Assembly: GCF_000143415.4 (NCBI RefSeq)
Contig: NW_003314289.1
Span: 474,072-538,071 of the forward strand
Source of the DNA: Selaginella moellendorffii
Taxonomy: Eukaryota > Plantae > Lycopodiophyta
Length of the DNA stretch: 64,000 bases
Reading direction: 5' to 3'
The position numbers were made by a program, and so were the translations under genes. The notes under the pieces were generated by a model. It was not told the DNA's origin, did not search any database, and saw nothing but the letters and a program-made list of their open reading frames with translations. Of the stretch, positions 47,616 to 59,400 are shown one piece after another. Each line of letters begins with the position of its first letter. Position 1 is the stretch's first letter.

Positions 47616-48928
47616 TTAAGGCTTGGCAGACAGGCTGGGTAGCAGCACATAGCTGCACTCAATATCCTCGTTGTCCATGCAACAAGTATACCACTTGGAC
47701 AGAGAAAAGTCGTATGCAACAGGAGGCCACACCCCATGGCTTTCCTTCCTGTAGAAAGCCGAGATGAAGACAGTGTCCTCGACCAACCTCACTGTCATAT
47801 CCTTGTCCCCGACTGACAAGCAACAACTTGGTCCAAACAGGTCCTTCGACAGAACCCGGGACACCAACACCCACGTTGAGTTTTCCTGTTTCATCTCCCA
47901 GATTGCCACTCCAATGTCTTCACCCCACTTCTCTGGATCGAACAGGAGCGATGCCCAGTAGCATTTCCCCTTGTACATGAAGGCGCCGATGTATCCAAAA
48001 GACCAGTTCGCCCAACTCTCGTCTTCCTGTTCTTGTTCGTTACGTGCCGGTGGCGAGATAGCCACGTGAGACCAAGCTCTGGAATGTGGATCGTAAGCCG
48101 GGAATATGTTCTCCCCAGTGTAGAAGAAAGCACAGCCTCGTAGAGGTGATCCCAACGAGTTTGACGCGCTGAAGAACGGGCCTTCATGCCAAGAACATGA
48201 ATCTGTGTCATACTGCAGCGAGAAGATTCGACCATCATCGTCATCTTGTGCCGGGGCTTCCTCAGGAGTGATCTTCTGGTACAGTATCACAATCTGGTAA
48301 GAGCCAGTGACGACATCTGTTTCCATGGCGATGTAGAGATAAGCCGGGCGTGGACGATCCGCGGAAGCAATTGGAGCAGGAGGAAGTGCCTTCCACACAT
48401 TGGTGATTGGATTCCCCACAGCAAAAGTCATCGAGTCGATGTGTTCCATGAGCATCCCACACACGAGCCCGTTTGAAGAACACAAGCCCACGAAGCGCGA
48501 ACCCGATGGGCCTAATGGGAGACTGCATCTCTTACGCTGGAAGCGGTGTGGACGCCATAGCTCGCTGTGATTCTCCAGCTTCATGCCATAGTCAAAATGC
48601 TCCTCATCGTAACGAAGCTCCCTACAGAGACACTTGCTTCCATGATCACGCTGAGAGAACTAAGAGGGACTTACCAGTCGGCAGGGAGACTCGTCCTCAC
48701 CCTGAGCACGGCCCACGGTTCCAGCGGTGGCTTGTACAGCTCAATGAAACGAGGAGAGAGCACAGCATCATACCAGGACTTGCACACAGCCCGCAATGAG
48801 AACAAGTCTGGGAGATCTAGCAAGCTGAAGATGTGGAGCACGAGCGATGGCTCTGTGACGCGCTCGAAATTGCCACAGCGACCTTCGTCCTGATCAAAGG
48901 CGCCCCATCTCCCCATTTTCTCACTCAT
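47616..48928 (-). CDS. F-box protein with C-terminal beta-propeller-like (Kelch/FBA-like) domain
   Basis: F-box (LHIFSLLDLPDLFSLRAVCKSW); 53-nt intron 48674-48622 joins in frame to SSNGLVC..VGNPITNVWKALP. Confidence 0.85.
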
Positions 48929-49135
48929 AGCCAGCGCACTGATAGAGCTTTAAAACACGCCTTATTCTACGTGGAAAAGAGTGGATTCGTTGCTTGCTTA
49001 GGTGGGACAAGGTATCCCAAGAGCTCTAAACGCGCATTTGCAAGACCACTTGTAAGGATCCGTACGGCCTTTCCTCGCAAATTCCACTATCTGGAAACAC
49101 GAGTTTTGATCAACAAAATAGAGATGCATGCTTAT

Positions 49136-51272
49136 TCAGTCTTTAAGCGTCAGTTGCATTTTCACTGGTGACACGTCCGGAACTTGAGACACGATCTCAT
49201 GCTCGATGTCTTTGGCTCTCTGGACAGCATCCCTACATATCCAAGAACAAACTCAGTCACAAAATCAAGCTTTTACTTGCCTGATGAGCATATCGGGTGT
49301 CATGGAGACTTCCACCTGTGCGACCACTCTCCCTTTGAGAAAATGGCAAGTAACATGTTTAAGGGTCACATCCTTCACGATTTATATAAAGGTCAGCGAG
49401 GATAAAAAAGAAAACCAAGTAGCTCCTTACCTGAAACTTGGATGACAAAACATTACGTATGTCTTTCTCCACAGATGGCTGCAAACGTGAGCATTTATCA
49501 TTTGTATCGCTCTCTGCTACCGTCGACGTTTCTTGAGTCGACGCAGCTTCTTCATCTTCAGCTTCATCCACTTTCCAGTCTTTTGCAGGATCTACATAAT
49601 ACGAACTTGTGAGAAATCCTAGCAAAAGCGTATAGAAAATCTTACCAATGTGGACGTAACTCTCTGCGACCTCCGGATGATACTCGTGGATACGACGCCG
49701 CACGGCTTCACCAATGTTGTGTGCTGCACTGACACTTAGCCAAGGGTCTACCTGTTAGTCCGTTTGTCACTCACTAATAGTTTAAGATTTGTATTCAGCT
49801 TACCTCAATGTGAGCATCAATGTAGACATAAGAACCGGCACGTCGCCCTCTTAGATCATGGCAGTTCTGGAACCTCAAGATAGATCTTTGGCTATTTCTT
49901 TCCCAAATGTTTACGTACCTGGACGCCCTCGACTTGCAAAACGCTTTCTCGAATGGGTGCCAGAACTGACTCTGAAACTCCTTTATCCACTAGTTCCTGG
50001 AGACTAGGAAAAAAGAAAATTTATTCAGAAGAATAATTCTTGAAGGGTAATTCTATATTCTATCGTCACCTGTGATATCCAGTTCCGATTCCAGCTTTCA
50101 CGATCATACCGGAGACAACTATCCCGGCAGCAGGATCCAGCCATGGTACTCCAATCATAGTTCCACCTGACATAAACCATACCATCAAGAGACACGTCCT
50201 TAAGAAACTATAGAAATTTACCGACTCCTATGAGAGCAACAATGGACGAGATCGCGTCACTTCGGTGGTGCCAAGCATTGGCTTTTAGAAGTTGACTCCC
50301 TTGAGTCTCGCCAACTCTTTTAGTTGCCCAGTAGAGTCTACAAGAGAAAGCCATCGTTACGAAAAGAAAGACGGAGGGTAGTAGCGAACTAACCCTTCTT
50401 TCACACCGATTGACGTCACAGCAGCACTCAAAGCCAGTTGCAAGTGCTCCGAGTCCAGTCCGTGGTGATGATGGCCAGAGGAACCGTGATCGTCCTCATG
50501 GTGATCGGAAGAATTCTTGCTCAAAAAGTCCAAACCGGTGGTCATATCAGCAGTGGACAGAACAGACTTGACAAGAAAAGAAGAAAGTGTCAAACCTCTA
50601 AACTTATCGATGGAAGAAAGAAAAGAAAAACCTGTATCACTTCGACTGCATGCCAAGCAATGCCACAACCGGTGAGAAGAAGCATCCCAGAGATTCCCAG
50701 CGCACCAAGCGTCTCAAATTTTCCATGACCTGCATGCTGGAGAGTCACGAATAAAGGAGAACAAAGAAGAAGAAAAAAGGAAGAGAAGAAGAACACAAGA
50801 GTATGAAATTCTAAGCACAAGAACGTACCGTAAGGATGCTCCTTGTCTCTGGGAATTCTTCCAGCTTTTATGGACAGTAGCGCGACAGCGCTGAGAACCT
50901 GTTAGAAAACTTTAGAACGATTCTAGAAAAAAACAGGAGATCTATACTAACAATGTCCGAGAAGGAATGCGCGGCATCGGCCACAAGCGCAGTGCTTCCA
51001 GAGAGATATCCAGCGGAGCCCTTGAGCACTGCGAGGGAGGCATCAGCTAACAGGCCAATTCGAGCAATGTGCTCCCCTGCTTTGCTTCTGGCATCGCCCA
51101 CAGCCGCGCCCTTGTGGTGGTGATGATGCGCGTGGCCCATATGCGTCCTCGCGCCAGCCGGAGCAACCGAAATGCCGCCATCAGAATCGTCCCTGTCCGC
51201 CTTGCAGATGAAATCCAGGGGCCGCAACCGCGTGATCGGCAGCCGGAGCTTCCTTCTGCAGAGAGGCGACAT
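49136..51272 (-). CDS. Cation diffusion facilitator / metal tolerance protein, MTP6-like (probably organellar)
   Basis: HMGHAHHHH, SGSTALVADAAHSFSD, HPYGHGKFETLG, ANAWHHRSDA, ELVDKG, LRGRRAGS..DAHIEVDP.LSV.AAH; ends ..QLTLKD*. Last intron is GC-AG. Confidence 0.92.
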
Positions 51273-51310
51273 ACCTAATCCATAAACCCTAATTAGTATA
51301 GATATAAAAC

Positions 51311-51384
51311 TCTCATGTAGCTCAGATGGTAGAGCTCTCGGTTAGCATGCAAGAGGCACTGGGATTGATAGCCCGGCATCTCCA
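51311..51384 (+). pseudogene. tRNA-Ala(AGC) pseudogene
   Basis: ATGTAGCTCAGATGGTAGAGC..TTAGCAT..GGGATTGATA..GCATCTCCA then TTTT; the 5' acceptor strand (TCTCATG) cannot pair with CATCTCC. Confidence 0.8.
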
Positions 51385-51833
51385 AATCTTTTCGAGCTGC
51401 TGTTCCAGGCACCGAAAGGTGGTCTATCTATCCGAGGTTTGCCTCGTCTATAATCTGACTTTCCTGTATCTGCACAGGATTATAAAGATGAAGGCGATGA
51501 AGGGGACTTTCCAAAATTCCTGTCATTGTCACTCTCTCAAAAGGCTGACTACAAGCTCGTTGACATGCCCAAGTTGAGTGTGCCAAAGGCGGATAGGTGA
51601 AGGGTCACAAAAGGCAAGAAGCTGTCTCTCGGTACAACATATTTTAGAAGGTTTACTTTGCTACGATTTACTACTATTCTTTTCTGTCCTATGCTCTTTT
51701 GTAGCGTGACAAACCGGCTCTTATTCCGGTACCAAGCAAGTATATGGTTCTAGAAAAAATGATTGATGAAGCTGTCTGCTAATATTTTGTTTTTGCAGCA
51801 GAATGCAAGTGCCGAGGAATGGTTGATATAGAA

Positions 51834-51958
51834 GTGCTTTGATGATATGTTGTGTGAATTTATATTGTGCTTTTCTGCAAAAGAAACATTCTAGGACTGG
51901 TGCTTTGATGATATGTTGTGTGAATTTATATTGTGCTTTTCTGCAGAAGAAACATTCT
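51834..51958. repeat. Two-copy direct repeat of about 58 bp
   Basis: gtgctttgatgatatgttgtgtgaatttatattgtgcttttctgca.aagaaacattct occurs twice, 66 bp apart. Confidence 0.9.
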
Positions 51959-54324
51959 GTTCAGTCCTAGGACCTTTATTCCAATCTTTCTAGCTACTAG
52001 GCCTTAGTGATTTTCTTAATCAGTACATTAAGTAAATGGGAGTTTTCCAAAGTTTTTTCTTATAGCAACAGCTCATATCCCAACTGTTTTGTAAATTTTT
52101 TCATCACTGGGAAGCTAATATAAAGTACTCAAAACCCTACTTTATAAGGGATTTGAAAATCTCTGACCCCAAACTAATTAAGAAATTTTTATAGGTCAAT
52201 GTTAATTTCAGATGCCCATCCATATATATAGTAATAAGTATTAAATTTAAATCCCATAAGTAGAGGTTGAGGTTAATTCCCACCATGGCCAATAGTGGTG
52301 AATCTACTCATTAGTAATGATAAAGAGATGATAAATACATAACTTTTATGCCAAATATAGTGTAATGTATATGATCATGAGATAAAATTTAAATATATTG
52401 TCATTGTAAATCTTTAGAACTTCAAGGCATAAAAAAATCATTAAAATTTATTTTATCAAGCAATTACCCATTTTTTAGTTGGCTTAACAGGAGAGATATA
52501 AGGTGTGTTACATTTAATATAAGAGAATATGTCTTAACGAGTACTATTCAATGAGATTGAGTAACTAGTTTTATTGCATACATAGAGATGAAAATGATGA
52601 TCTAAGTTGGTACATGTTTGGTCACAATGGCTTCATATGTGTTTCTTGGGTATAAATTTTGACTACCTTTTCATATTAAGTTATATGAGCTTTCACTTAG
52701 GCTTATAGGATGGATATAAGATGTTTCATTTGCACAAGTTTATACTAGAGCTTGTGAGTGAGGAGCGCAAACCATATTTGAGCTCACGAGCTGAAGAGTT
52801 GAACTCACGAGTTGAACTCAATTTTCAATTGTAATTTAATATAAACATTATAAACTTTAAAATTTTAAGGTTATGGTGAACCTAATAATTTTATAACTCT
52901 CTATATATTATATAGATAAAAATGTTTTAAAGAACATTTCTTGTTCTAATAATTTAAATATTTACTACATGCAATGATAGGGACATTTGTTAAAACATAA
53001 AAATAAAATGTTTGCAAAAAGAGTATTCTTATCACTTCTTTAAATTTGTACTCTATGCTTTCTGGCTAGTAAATGTCAGGTTTGTTAGAATTTTAAAATT
53101 ATTAAATTTGAATTAAGATTCTATATAAGGCCATATAACCATTTGAAAGGAAAACAAAAATAACTATGATGGTATATATACTCTCACAACACATTGCAAT
53201 ATCACGCACCTGAAAGACTACAATGAAATATTTTTTGAGATGGTAAAGACAAAAATAGAGACTCACGAATACTATGGGTAGTATTGCGAAAAGAACACTC
53301 ACAAGTATATGAAATGAAAAGTGAAATAATAAAATATTTTTATTAATTATATAAGGTATAATTAGTTTATATTATTGATAGAGAATAAACATTGATAGTG
53401 CTAGAAAATCTAATTAGCTCCAAAAGTTTTCTGCAACTCGGCAATAGTAAGGCTTACTTGGTGTATATGAATATCCACTTTAGGATCCTGGTACAAGATG
53501 TTGATGAAGATGTAATATATATGCTTGCAAGGAGCATATGCCTGTAAACCACAAATTTTTCCTTTCCAATTTGCTAGCTTACCTTGTCTATCCAACCAAC
53601 ACCGCCTTGGCCTTTGTTAAATTCCCTCACCAAGGTTCCCGCTTATTGTACTAGCTCCTACTTGGTTCTACTTGGTTTCAACTACTCATTGCACGAGCAA
53701 TGGAGCGTTAGCCATCAATCCACGGATTCCCAAATCTCCTAATCCCCCTTCCCGTATTAGACTGGACTTAAGGTTCAGCTACACTCCCCGCAAGCACAAG
53801 TAGCCAAGCACACCAAGCCTCCAAGTTCCTAACATCCCTTGGTACAACAAGGCTTGATCATAAGACCCTCTAAATTTCAAGCCTTAGGTGCAACACTTTG
53901 GGATGCTGGGGGGAAACACCGTGCCCTAACGGCTCGGTATGAGTACCTCTACCCCTCCCCTTCCATCCCGATAGAAAGGCCCAAGTCCCTAGGAAGGGCA
54001 AGGACCAATGAGCCACAAGGCACTCAAGTGGGGCACCACTCCACATAAACCAGGAGCACCGTAGTCGGTTTCCCTTCTGGGAGTGGGAGCTGCTCTTGAG
54101 CACTTCCTTGGGTGGCCCATTTAGCACCACCCGAGTCCATGCTTACTCCCACCCAAGGCCACTCAACCCCAATCTCAACCTCTTGTCAGTTTGGAAGCAC
54201 CATTGGAGAGTTCCTTCAAGATTGGTTCCTGGACCTCACTATCCCTACTATACTTTTGAAACCCCCTATAGCCCCCCCCTTGGGAGACACATGCTTTGGG
54301 CTTTCACCCCTCGACCTATATTAG

Positions 54325-54552
54325 TACTTGGCCTCGGTCTCGGACTCGATCTCCAACTCGATCTCGGACCTGACCTCGGACTCGGTCTCGGACTTGATCT
54401 CAGACTCAACCTCGGACCCAATCTCGGAGTAGACCTCAGACTCGGTCTTGGACCCAATCTCGGATCTCGGACTCCGTCTCGAACTCAGTCTCGAACTCGG
54501 TCTTGAACTCGGTCTCGGAGTCGGTCTTGGACTCGATCTCAGACTTGGTCCC
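54325..54552. repeat. Degenerate 6-bp tandem repeat (CTCGGA/CTCGGT) within the retroelement
   Basis: Direct reading; translates as LGLGLDL / SPRPS periodic peptides. Confidence 0.9.
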
Positions 54553-56291
54553 ATCCGATGAACTCTTTATCATTTTGCTCGCGCTTTCGGGGATCCTTTT
54601 AGCCTACGACACCTTGGGGAGTTGGTTCCTTACAACTCCACCACCCATAGAAAAAATTTGATGCCCACATCGAACATCTCTTTTTAATCTTACGACTTGT
54701 TGACCATGTCTCTAGGGGCATCCCCCCACTTAATGGTGTGCATAAGTTAGCCTCCCCAGCCAAGAGCCCATGACAATGGAATATAGGTGTCCCTATACCC
54801 CTCACCTCACCACGCTCTAGTATGGGGTCGGGACTTGAACTCAGCCTTGCTTAACTAGGGGGTTGGGACTTGAACTCAACCTCTATAAAATATGTTTATA
54901 AATTCGACATCCTTGCGGGGAGTTAGGTGTAGTTCCCTACGCCTGGTCGACCTAGCTAACCCATGCTAATTATCTTACCTTCGGCGCACCTTCGGGTCCC
55001 AATATATGCCATTGCTCAACTTTACCAATTGATACTTTTAATTGAACTTTGCATAAGTACATAGAGTTCTGTCTTGTAGAAATTCCTCCACTAGATTTCA
55101 TGCGTTTGCTAGATTTTCCTCCAGTTCCCATGTTGCTTCGCAATGTGAAAATCCTTTCCACTTCACATGGTATTCCCTCACCTCGCATCCTTGTCGCTTG
55201 CTGTTGCACGTATTGAGGATGGCTTCGACTTCGTATTCCTCTTCCCCTTGAATAACCTCAGTTAGAGGTCTCACTTGGTCTTTGCAAAGAGGATCCTCAA
55301 AGTACGGCTTGAGCAAGTTCACATGGAACACTAAGTGCATCTTTCCCATCTCTCAAGGAAGTCAGAGGCGGTAAACCATTTTACTGATTCGTGCCTCAAT
55401 CTCGTAAGGCCCCGCGAACTTGCTTAAGGAACTCAAGATCAGTTCATTTCCAAAAATACATGCATTTTTACCTTTGGGTCAACTTCCGGCTGATCCCACT
55501 TGGTAGCCTTAAGTTCTTGGTGTCCAGCCACACCTTCTCCCCAAGTTTGAACTCTACGTCCTAGTTCACATACTTTGTTTGCCTTTGTTGAGCCCATTCC
55601 AAGGAATCCACACTCAAGTATCGGGGTGAGTCCATGGGAAGTCATCAATGGGCGAGCTATTGAAGGTCCTATGGAACTCAGCGTGACTGAGTATCATGAA
55701 GAGTTACCCGCAGTGGAGGCATTCACGATGGAAAGACTCAACATTTGGAATCTAGTGAGTGGTGAGTTGTTATAGCACATTTCCCCAAGTCCCAAATGAC
55801 TTACCCAATTGGTTTCGTCTCCTGAGACATAGCATCGCAAATAATCCTCCAGCTGTCAATTCACCCTTTCTGTTTGACCGTCTGTCAAGAAGTGTTAGTG
55901 CCATCAAACTTGACTTAATACCCAATACTTGTTTGTAGGTGATAGGCTATGCTGAATTTCATCTTGGTGTGATACTGTTCCAGGAGAGTTCTCTAGAACC
56001 TACTGGTGAAGATATTATCTCGATCTGAGATAATCTCTTTTGGCCTTCCCCACACTTGAACCACTTGTTCAAAAAACAACTTTGCCACACCTTCTGCATC
56101 CACTTCTATTGTGGTGGGTATGAAATGTGCCATTTTTGAAAATCAGTTCACCACTACAAAAATCACATCAAACCCCTCACTTGGGGGGAGTCCCGTGATG
56201 AAGTCTATTGTAAGACATTTCCACGGACGATCTGGAATTGGGATGCTTTGTAACAAGCCCCCACTAGCCTTAGTCACGGCTTTAACCCACT

Positions 56292-56485
56292 TGTAAGCAA
56301 CCAAAGGGAACGACTCGAGAAACGATCCATGGGGTTCAAATATAGAGGGAAAGGGCCCATAAACAAGAGTGCACCCCCTTTTCCAATCGGTTAAGGGTCT
56401 TGGGATATTTGGGGTTAAGTGTCCTTGGGTTTGAATAGTACTAGGCTGGGTGACCTCTCGGGAAGTCCAAACTCAGGAGCTTACA
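56292..56485. mobile_element. 194-bp solo LTR (TRIM-sized) inserted in the integrase
   Basis: TGTAAGC...GCTTACA termini, flanked by CCACT/CCGCT; removal restores CQR|VKA. Confidence 0.85.
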
Positions 56486-59400
56486 CCGCTGACATGTTGA
56501 ACATGTCTTTACATAGTCTTGGATGTCTTTAGCCATATCTGGCCAGTGATACTTCCTCTTGAGTAAGCCCATCGTCTTGGGCACTCCACCATGTCCCGCA
56601 AGAGGTTTGTCATGACACTCTTCTAAGGCTACCTTCCTTAGTTCCCCTTTTGGAACATACACTTTCATTTTTTTATAATAGATAAGTCCATTGTGTTCCG
56701 TATAACTTGTTTTCTCTTCTCATTTGTTTATAATAGATAAGTCCATTGTGTTCTGTATAACTTGTTTTCTCTTCTGTTGGCAATTCACCTCTCTGATGAG
56801 CTTCTCGTGCCTCTTGGTTCCTTAGCAACACTTCTTGTGCTAGACCATCGTTCTCATATGTTGTCCACACATCTTCCCAAAAGGTTGTCACACTAGATAT
56901 CACCAATTTGATACTTGCTTTTTGACTTGGAGCATCTGCCACGATGTTGCTCTTCCCAGGTTTATACAGAATCTTGCAATTAAACTCAGCCAAAGCATTG
57001 GCCCACCGACCTTGTTTCCCTCTTAGGTCGGGTTGTGCCAAGAAGTGTTTTGTTGCCACATTATCTGTGTAAACTTTGAAGTGCCTCCCAAGGTAGTTTT
57101 GCAAATAATTCCTTCTTGTAAGCAAGCCACTTTTGTTGAGCCTTATTCAACTATTTCGAGAAGAACACCATTGGATGGTTGTTTTGCTTTAAAACTGCAC
57201 CTAATGCAAAGTCCGAAGCATATGTTTCTACCTCAAAGTCTTTACTAAAGTTAGGGAGCATATGCCTTCCCATGTTCCTCGTGCTTCGTAATGTCTGGAC
57301 ATGTGCAAAAAGGAAAGTCTTGAATAACAATTGTGTACTCTCCACCTTTTGTTTTGACTGTGTACTCCTTTGCAAGCGTAATGATGTACTTTGTGGAGAG
57401 AATCTCACACTCAAGTGTTTGAGCCAAGTTTAATTTACCTTGCTTTTGCTTGGAGACAGTACTAATAAATTTAACTGCCTTACCTTTTCTCGTTGGCCTC
57501 CTATGCATCTCTGTAGGAACAATCCTGGTTTTATCACTTGTGTCTCCAACTCTCCTTTCAAGATTGAAACCAGAGAGCAACCCATTAGCAACCGGCCATT
57601 CTTTAGGTACTGCATCAGGTTTAGTCACTATAGTGTCTTCAAGCCGCTTTATATGGTTGACATTAGTGTTGGAGCAATATAACCAACACCATCTTGAAAA
57701 TCCTGCTTGCTTTCGTTCCCCATGGAAACATAAGGCTAGAACAAAAGCAGACTTGTTACCACGGATCCAAGCCCAACACTTGCCCCTTGGAAGCATCCCT
57801 ACACACCTTACATTTGATTTTGCTGGCACTTGACGGATTGCCCATTGCTTCGGCTCCACGCTACGATAAGCAATTTCAACCTGCTGTGATGCACTTTCTT
57901 CATCAGCCACTTGAGGTGGCTCGGTTCGGGGGTGATGTCTTGGAGCAGAATGATACTCAACATCAGGCATGTGAGAGCTTTTTGCTCCAAGATCTATGCC
58001 AACATCTTCACCAGCAAAGGAAAAGTGACGCTTTGAGCGGACAGTCTTCATATCACCAATAAAAGCCCAGGGAGTGTACTCTATAGATGTGCCACGAACC
58101 ACTTCCTCCACTGCAGTTGCCACTGTTCATGCTAGTGGAGTCACTTTCTTCTTCATCTGATCGTGTAACATCTCAACCGAAGGTCCTGTTCCCATATATC
58201 TTCCTTCCTTAAATGCCAAGTCTTTTGAAGACTACTCTACAACGTGTATCAAATTTGATAGACATGCTTCATATAGACTCATCTTCCCTTTCCCTACCTC
58301 AGAGGAACGCTAACTTCAATGTTTACTTTTTGAGAGATTCACAGTTGGGGTGTATGCAAGATCCTCAAGTGGTTGATCCTTATAAAAAGATGATATCAAA
58401 AAGCAATAAAAAAGTGGAAAAAAAGAAAAACCAACTTGAAAAGAGTAATGTCCCTATTGGAACATTCTGACTTCCCACCACCCCAACCACGACTCAAGTT
58501 GTGGTAGACAACTTATGTCAGTATGGCCATCTTCATGCCACCACATTCGGATCTTGTTTGCTTTTGCCTCATGCTCTTCTTCAGAAGGTGTAGCTTGCCA
58601 TTGTTTGCACAACTCCTTAAATGTTAATTGGAAATCTGGCTTGATAAGGTGGCAGTGTTGGTTTAGGCTCTGAGCCCAATAGAACTCACAAGTCCTCTCA
58701 CAACCTTCTAGGGGTTGACCATTCCCAAAGACTGCTCGGACACCATTCCAATTAGCCCCAACCCCATCTGCCATGAAATTGTGAAAGTTGGTAGGCTTAC
58801 TAGTCCGTTTTAATACAATGTCGGAGAGGGACTTCCAAAATATTTCTTGAGCCATCTGGTCTTGTACTTTAAACTCTGCTATTGCAATTTTCAAGTTACA
58901 ACGTAATCTGTGAAAAGGGTAATGCTTAAAACCATTTTAAGATAATGAGAAAAAAAACTACCTTGGGTCATACATATGAGCTCCCATGGTTGTCCAACTC
59001 GCCACCCGCTCCATATGGTCAAAATGTACCCATGCATTAGCAAGGTCACTCAACCCAGACATATCCATTTGGGAAACAAGATCCACACCAGAGGCGGGGC
59101 CCATGGTAGACATTTTGAAAACGAAGAGGCGCTCTTGCTCACTAACAACTTGATCTGGAAATAAACTCCCATGAATAAACTCATAGGGACAAGTCCGTTT
59201 TAGTTCAAGGATTGAGTCGATTTTTGATTGGAGTTTCCCCTCTCGAGATTCACATATCCAAGACTTTATCTTTAATAAAATAAAATATAAGAGAGATATT
59301 ATTGAAAAGTATGTAATAATATTTTCATACCTTATGAGGCTAGTTGCAGGTTGCATATGTTGTAGTAACTCCCGCAAGCTAGTCTCATCCAGTTGAGTAT

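Larger units (their letters stand above)
53543..57254 (-). mobile_element. 5'-truncated chromovirus-type Ty3/gypsy element (RNase H, integrase, chromodomain, 3' end)
   Basis: ASDFALGAVL, YKPGKSNIVADA, HD..AGH..C..CQ, IDFITGLP, and chromodomain EYEVEAIL..YHVKWKGF..ATWE; ends in ..TTTACA on the minus strand. Confidence 0.88.

Noticed and set aside
51311-51384. Functional tRNA or tRNA-derived SINE
   Set aside because: Acceptor and anticodon stems are mismatched; the immediate T4 terminator and lack of a tail or TSD argue against a SINE.
52744-52825. TAGAGCTTGT with GAGTTGAACTC repeats as a DNA transposon end
   Set aside because: No partner inverted repeat or TSD found in the window.
54096-54554. 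LG/PRS-repeat proteins or a CRISPR-like array
   Set aside because: Simple degenerate hexamer repeat inside a retroelement; no spacers, eukaryotic context.
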